In this document: in pieces, positions 62,881 to 64,000 of the stretch
Layout: every line of letters starts with the position of its first letter
Position numbering within the stretch: position 1 is the stretch's first letter
From: Felis catus
Taxonomy: Eukaryota
Reading direction: 5' to 3'
Assembly (NCBI RefSeq): GCF_018350175.1
Contig: NC_058383.1
Location: forward strand, 2,914,001-2,978,000
Length of the DNA stretch: 64,000 nt
Position numbers and translations under genes: made by a program
Notes under the pieces: generated by a model
What the model was told of the DNA's origin: nothing
The model's input: the letters and a program-made list of their open reading frames with translations, nothing else
Databases searched by the model: none

Positions 62881-64000
62881 CCTTTCCTTGTCTCTCATTT
62901 GCTGTCCAGTTGCTATGGTCTGGAGAATCAGGGGAAAATCTTGATTAGGATTGTTTGAAATTAGAACAATTAGATTCTGAGTGGCAGCCTAAGGGACTGC
63001 CCTGTGCATAAGATGTTTTAAATGTGTGGATTTTTGGCAACTGATTTGGTGACCCAGAAACCAGTTTTTATTTATTTTGTATTCTTGGGTGTATTCTGGA
63101 AACCTGATGTATTCATGTAATAGGATTCTCAATAGATGAAGGATTGATGCAGATTGTTCTGGAACAGTTTGTTTTTTCTTAGCTATTTCAGTTGATCCAG
63201 TACATGTACTTATCTAGTTGATTATAAAATAATGTATTCATTAATTCTCTAATCTTAGCAATTATTGCAGTAAACAATACTGGTCCATAATTGCCATAAT
63301 CTTCCTTTTATTTTTTGTTGAAGTAGAGCAGTTGTTTTAACCTTTTACAATTACTGTAGAAAATCCACCAAGTTCTCAAAACTAATGGGAGACTATGGTT
63401 GAGAAATATTTCTTACTTTTGACGTTTTCCAAGGTTTGTGTCCTGAATTCCTGTTGATTTACAGATACTTGGAAATTTAAAGTATCCTGCAGCCATTTTA
63501 GCTTATTCTTGCCTGTGGTTTGACTTCCCAGACGAAAGATGTTTGTTCTTTATAACTTTATATGGTTTTTTACAACATGGGAAATTTTAGTGATAGACAA
63601 ATCTTTAACAAAAATTTCATTTATTTGCTACATTTCATTTAACAAAAATGTCCTTTGGTTACTGCAATTAGACATAGGAATGCTATAATTAGGGTTTATT
63701 TAGCCACTGCCATGAAAAAAAAACCTGTGAGATGAAAATTCAGTGTACACAAGGATCATTAATTGAGGATTGCATTTTCAGAGAGTTTTAACAGTCATTG
63801 TTTCAACTAAAAATTTTTACAAAATGTTTCATAAGGTAATTTTGATTTTAATAGCACCTCTAATACACTTAAAGCGTGATCACATAAACAAAATGTGGAT
63901 TCACGTACATTTCTATAGTTACGTATCTTACATAAGCAAACCACTCTGACTTCTTGACAAGTGAAAGGGGCTTTTGTTAGAATCAGCTCCAGCTTCTGAT

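Overview
This is mammalian nuclear DNA, almost certainly from a felid: several tRNA-derived CAN-SINEs match the cat SINEC_Fc type. I found no protein-coding exon, RNA gene or CRISPR array that I can support. The ORF track is explained by repeats and low-complexity sequence. The only recognisable protein sequence is the LINE-1 ORF2p C-terminus in two 5'-truncated L1 copies. The window is a dense mosaic of about 15 CAN-SINEs (most with readable target-site duplications), L1s of several ages (mostly minus strand), L2s, MIRs, MaLR/ERVL LTRs, DNA-transposon relics (Tigger2a-like, MER58A, MER5) and one well-preserved 374-bp gammaretrovirus-like solo LTR. Repeat-poor unique blocks lie between them. 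Strand biases suggest a long intron of a gene transcribed on the + strand (inference; gene not identified). I see no convincing new biological system. The best leads are a fold-back hairpin built from tail-to-tail L2 ends that resembles L2-derived miRNAs (51383-51458), a dispersed ~110-bp duplication with an identical 37-bp core (58.8 and 60.7 kb), interlocking inverted repeats in unique DNA (33.75-33.87 kb), the solo LTR and several cleanly nested insertions. Repeat family names come from my recall of consensus sequences. Boundaries of old elements are approximate.
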